From Planctomycetota bacterium (GTDB lineage: Bacteria > Planctomycetota > Planctomycetia > Pirellulales > UBA1268): DNA of 33,427 nucleotides. The notes under the pieces are model-generated. The model was given only the letters and a program-made list of their open reading frames with translations. It did not search any database and was not told where the DNA came from. Within the stretch, counting starts at the first letter, position 1. Every line of letters starts with the position of its first letter. Positions 29,836 through 33,427 of this stretch are shown here, in pieces. The position numbers and the translations under genes are program-made. The DNA is taken from contig JBJTAA010000374.1 of assembly GCA_046090525.1 (NCBI GenBank), positions 1 through 33,427 on the forward strand, read 5' to 3'.

Positions 29836-31515
29836 GTGGCAAAACAAATGGTGTTCGACGATGAGGCCCGCCAGCCGCTGCTTGCCGGCGTTTCGAAGCT
29901 CGCCCGCGCGGTGAAGAGCACGCTCGGCCCCCGCGGCCGCAACGCGGTGCTCGACAAGGGCTGGGGCTCCCCCAAGGTGACCAAGGACGGCGTCACCGTG
30001 GCCGAAGACATCGATCTCGAGGATCCCTACGAGAATCTCGGTGCCCAGCTCGTCAAGGAGGCGGCCAGCAAGACCAACGACGTCGCCGGTGACGGCACCA
30101 CCACGGCCACCGTGCTCGCCGAGGCCATCTACCGCGAAGGCCTGAAGATGATCGCGGCGGGGGCCGATCCGATGGCCCTGGCCCGCGGCATCCACAAGGC
30201 GGTCGAGGCGGTCTCCAAGGCCGTGCTCGCCATGGCCACCAAGGTCGACGAGAAGAACAAGAAGGAGCTCACCCAGATCGCCACGATCGCCGGCAACAAC
30301 GATCCGACGATCGGCAACGTCCTCTCCGAGGCCTTCCTCAAGGTGGGCAAGGACGGCGTGATCACGGTCGAGGAGGGCAAGCAGGCCGAGACGTCCGTGG
30401 ACGTGGTCGAGGGCATGCAGTTCGACCGTGGCTTCCTCTCGCCCCACTTCGTGACCGACGCCGAGAGCCAGGTCTGCGAGCTCGAGAATCCCTACATCCT
30501 CGTCTACGAGGAGAAGATCTCGGCCGCCAAGAACCTGGTGCCGCTGCTCGAGGCCATCAGCAAGGCGGGCAAGCCGCTGGTGGTGATCGCCGAGGACGTC
30601 GAGGGCGAGGCGCTCGCCACGCTCGTGGTCAACAAGCTCCGCGGCATCGTCCACTCGGTGGCCGTGAAGGCGCCGGGCTACGGCGACCGCCGCAAGGCGA
30701 TGCTCGGCGACATCGCTGTCCTCACGGGTGGCCAGGCCATCTTCAAGGATCTGGGCATCGCGCTCGACGGCGTGAAGCTCAGCGACCTCGGGCGGGCCAA
30801 GAAGGTGATCGTGGAGGCCGAGAACACCACGATCGTGAGCGGGGCCGGCACCAAGTCGGCCATCGACGGCCGCGTGGCCCAGATCCGCGACGAGATCACG
30901 AAGACGACCAGCGACTACGACCGCGAGAAGCTTCAGGAGCGGCTCGCCAAGCTGGCCGGCGGCGTGGCCCAGATCAACGTCGGGGCCGTCACCGAGACGG
31001 AGATGAAGGAGCGGAAGGCGCTGATCGACGACGCCAAGAGCGCGGTGCAGGCGGCCCTGGCCGAGGGCATCGTGCCGGGCGGCGGCGTGGCCCTGCTGCG
31101 GAGCGAGAAGGCGATCGAGAAGCTCGACCTCGACGGGGACGAGAGGCTCGGCGCCACGATCGTCAGGCACGCGCTCAAGTATCCGCTCACGGCGATCGCC
31201 GAGAACGCCGGCGTGGACGGTTCCGTGGTCGTGAACCGGGTGCGGAACATGAAGGGCAAGAACGACGGCTACGACGCCGACAAGGGCGAGTATGGCGACC
31301 TGGTCGCAGCCGGCGTGATCGACCCCGCCAAGGTGGTGCGGACGGCCCTGCAGAACGCGGCTAGCGTGGCGGCGCTGCTCCTGACCACCGATTCCCTGAT
31401 CACCGAGATCCCGAAGGAGGAGGAAGAGTCGGGTGGCGACGGCCACGACCACCACGGGATGGGCGGCGGCATGGGCGGTATGGGAGGCATGGGCGGCATG
31501 CCCGGCATGATGTGA
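29836..31515 (+). CDS. groEL: Chaperonin GroEL (copy 1), with a GGM-repeat tail preceded by a His-rich patch
   Basis: The GTG at 29836 gives (M)[11 protein letters not shown], and GGAGGA lies about 10 nt upstream. It has [33 protein letters not shown]-like ([13 protein letters not shown]), and the tail [26 protein letters not shown]. Confidence 0.93.
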   Translation: MAKQMVFDDEARQPLLAGVSKLARAVKSTLGPRGRNAVLDKGWGSPKVTKDGVTVAEDIDLEDPYENLGAQLVKEAASKTNDVAGDGTTTATVLAEAIYREGLKMIAAGADPMALARGIHKAVEAVSKAVLAMATKVDEKNKKELTQIATIAGNNDPTIGNVLSEAFLKVGKDGVITVEEGKQAETSVDVVEGMQFDRGFLSPHFVTDAESQVCELENPYILVYEEKISAAKNLVPLLEAISKAGKPLVVIAEDVEGEALATLVVNKLRGIVHSVAVKAPGYGDRRKAMLGDIAVLTGGQAIFKDLGIALDGVKLSDLGRAKKVIVEAENTTIVSGAGTKSAIDGRVAQIRDEITKTTSDYDREKLQERLAKLAGGVAQINVGAVTETEMKERKALIDDAKSAVQAALAEGIVPGGGVALLRSEKAIEKLDLDGDERLGATIVRHALKYPLTAIAENAGVDGSVVVNRVRNMKGKNDGYDADKGEYGDLVAAGVIDPAKVVRTALQNAASVAALLLTTDSLITEIPKEEEESGGDGHDHHGMGGGMGGMGGMGGMPGMM

Positions 31516-31576
31516 CGCCCCGCCGGGAGCGAGGCACGAACGTTTTCACCAACACCCCTTTTGGAGAACCCTGAAC

Positions 31577-31882
31577 ATGGCAGCCAAGAACCTGAAGATT
31601 CGCCCGCTCGATGACCGCGTGGTCGTGGAACCGGTCGAGGCCGAGGAGCGGACCGCGGGCGGGATCGTCCTTCCCGACACCGCCAAGGAGAAGCCCCAGC
31701 GCGGCCACGTGGTGGCGCTGGGCCCGGGCAAGCTGCTCGAGAACGGCCAGCGTTCGCCGCTCGCCGTGGCCGTCGGTGACGAGGTCATCTACGGCAAGTA
31801 TTCGGGCAGCGACATCGAGGTCGACGGCCACGAGGTCAAGATCCTGCGGGAAAGCGACATCCTGGCCAAGGTGCTTGCCTGA
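31577..31882 (+). CDS. groES: Co-chaperonin GroES
   Basis: 101 aa. Contains [44 protein letters not shown]...[11 protein letters not shown]. Confidence 0.93.
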   Translation: MAAKNLKIRPLDDRVVVEPVEAEERTAGGIVLPDTAKEKPQRGHVVALGPGKLLENGQRSPLAVAVGDEVIYGKYSGSDIEVDGHEVKILRESDILAKVLA

Positions 31883-32004
31883 TCGCGAGGGGGCCTCCAG
31901 GGCCCTCGTCGCCCGGTCGGCGCCGTGGTTTGGCGCCAGCCGGTGAGACCGAGTCAAACGTTCCGCAACGAACCCACACACCGTCTTCCGAGGAGATCGT
32001 AGCC

Positions 32005-33427
<1,423 letters not shown>

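Overview
This is a very GC-rich window (roughly 70% by eye, not computed). Gene content points to Planctomycetota: DUF1570-like and DUF1080 proteins, an ECF sigma factor paired with a Ser/Thr kinase, several groEL copies, and CCAGGAG-type Shine-Dalgarno contexts. It is mostly core housekeeping and metabolism. In order the genes are ftsK (3' part), tal, pgi, a membrane Ser/Thr kinase divergent from an ECF sigma factor, a secreted Gly/Pro-rich protein, a secreted HExxH metallopeptidase, vapBC, cimA, a beta-hydroxyacid dehydrogenase, a secreted DUF1080/PQQ sugar dehydrogenase fusion, valS, a DUF151 nuclease, the operon hom - ApgM-like - lysC, glpD, a DHDPS-family aldolase, a YegS-type lipid kinase, an M42 peptidase, and groEL-groES-groEL (the last runs off the window). 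I see no rRNA, tRNA, CRISPR array, transposase, integrase or recognisable defence island, and no convincing novel multi-gene protein system. The most unusual signal is non-coding. A 139-142 nt intergenic element occurs in three full copies plus fragments. It has 19-bp terminal inverted repeats and three internal hairpins whose stems differ between copies by compensatory substitutions, and two inverted copies bracket one gene. A second family of 19-20 nt units forms GC hairpins immediately after stop codons, including a 33-nt exact inverted match 6 kb apart. Secondary points: an ApgM-like gene sits where homoserine kinase is expected; the aspartokinase has four ACT domains; ValRS carries two insertions, one a 4-Cys zinc ribbon; the kinase has DFN in place of DFG; vapBC abuts cimA; FtsK has an acidic tail. 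Most other long ORFs in the six-frame track are Arg/Pro/Gly-rich shadow frames of the real genes.
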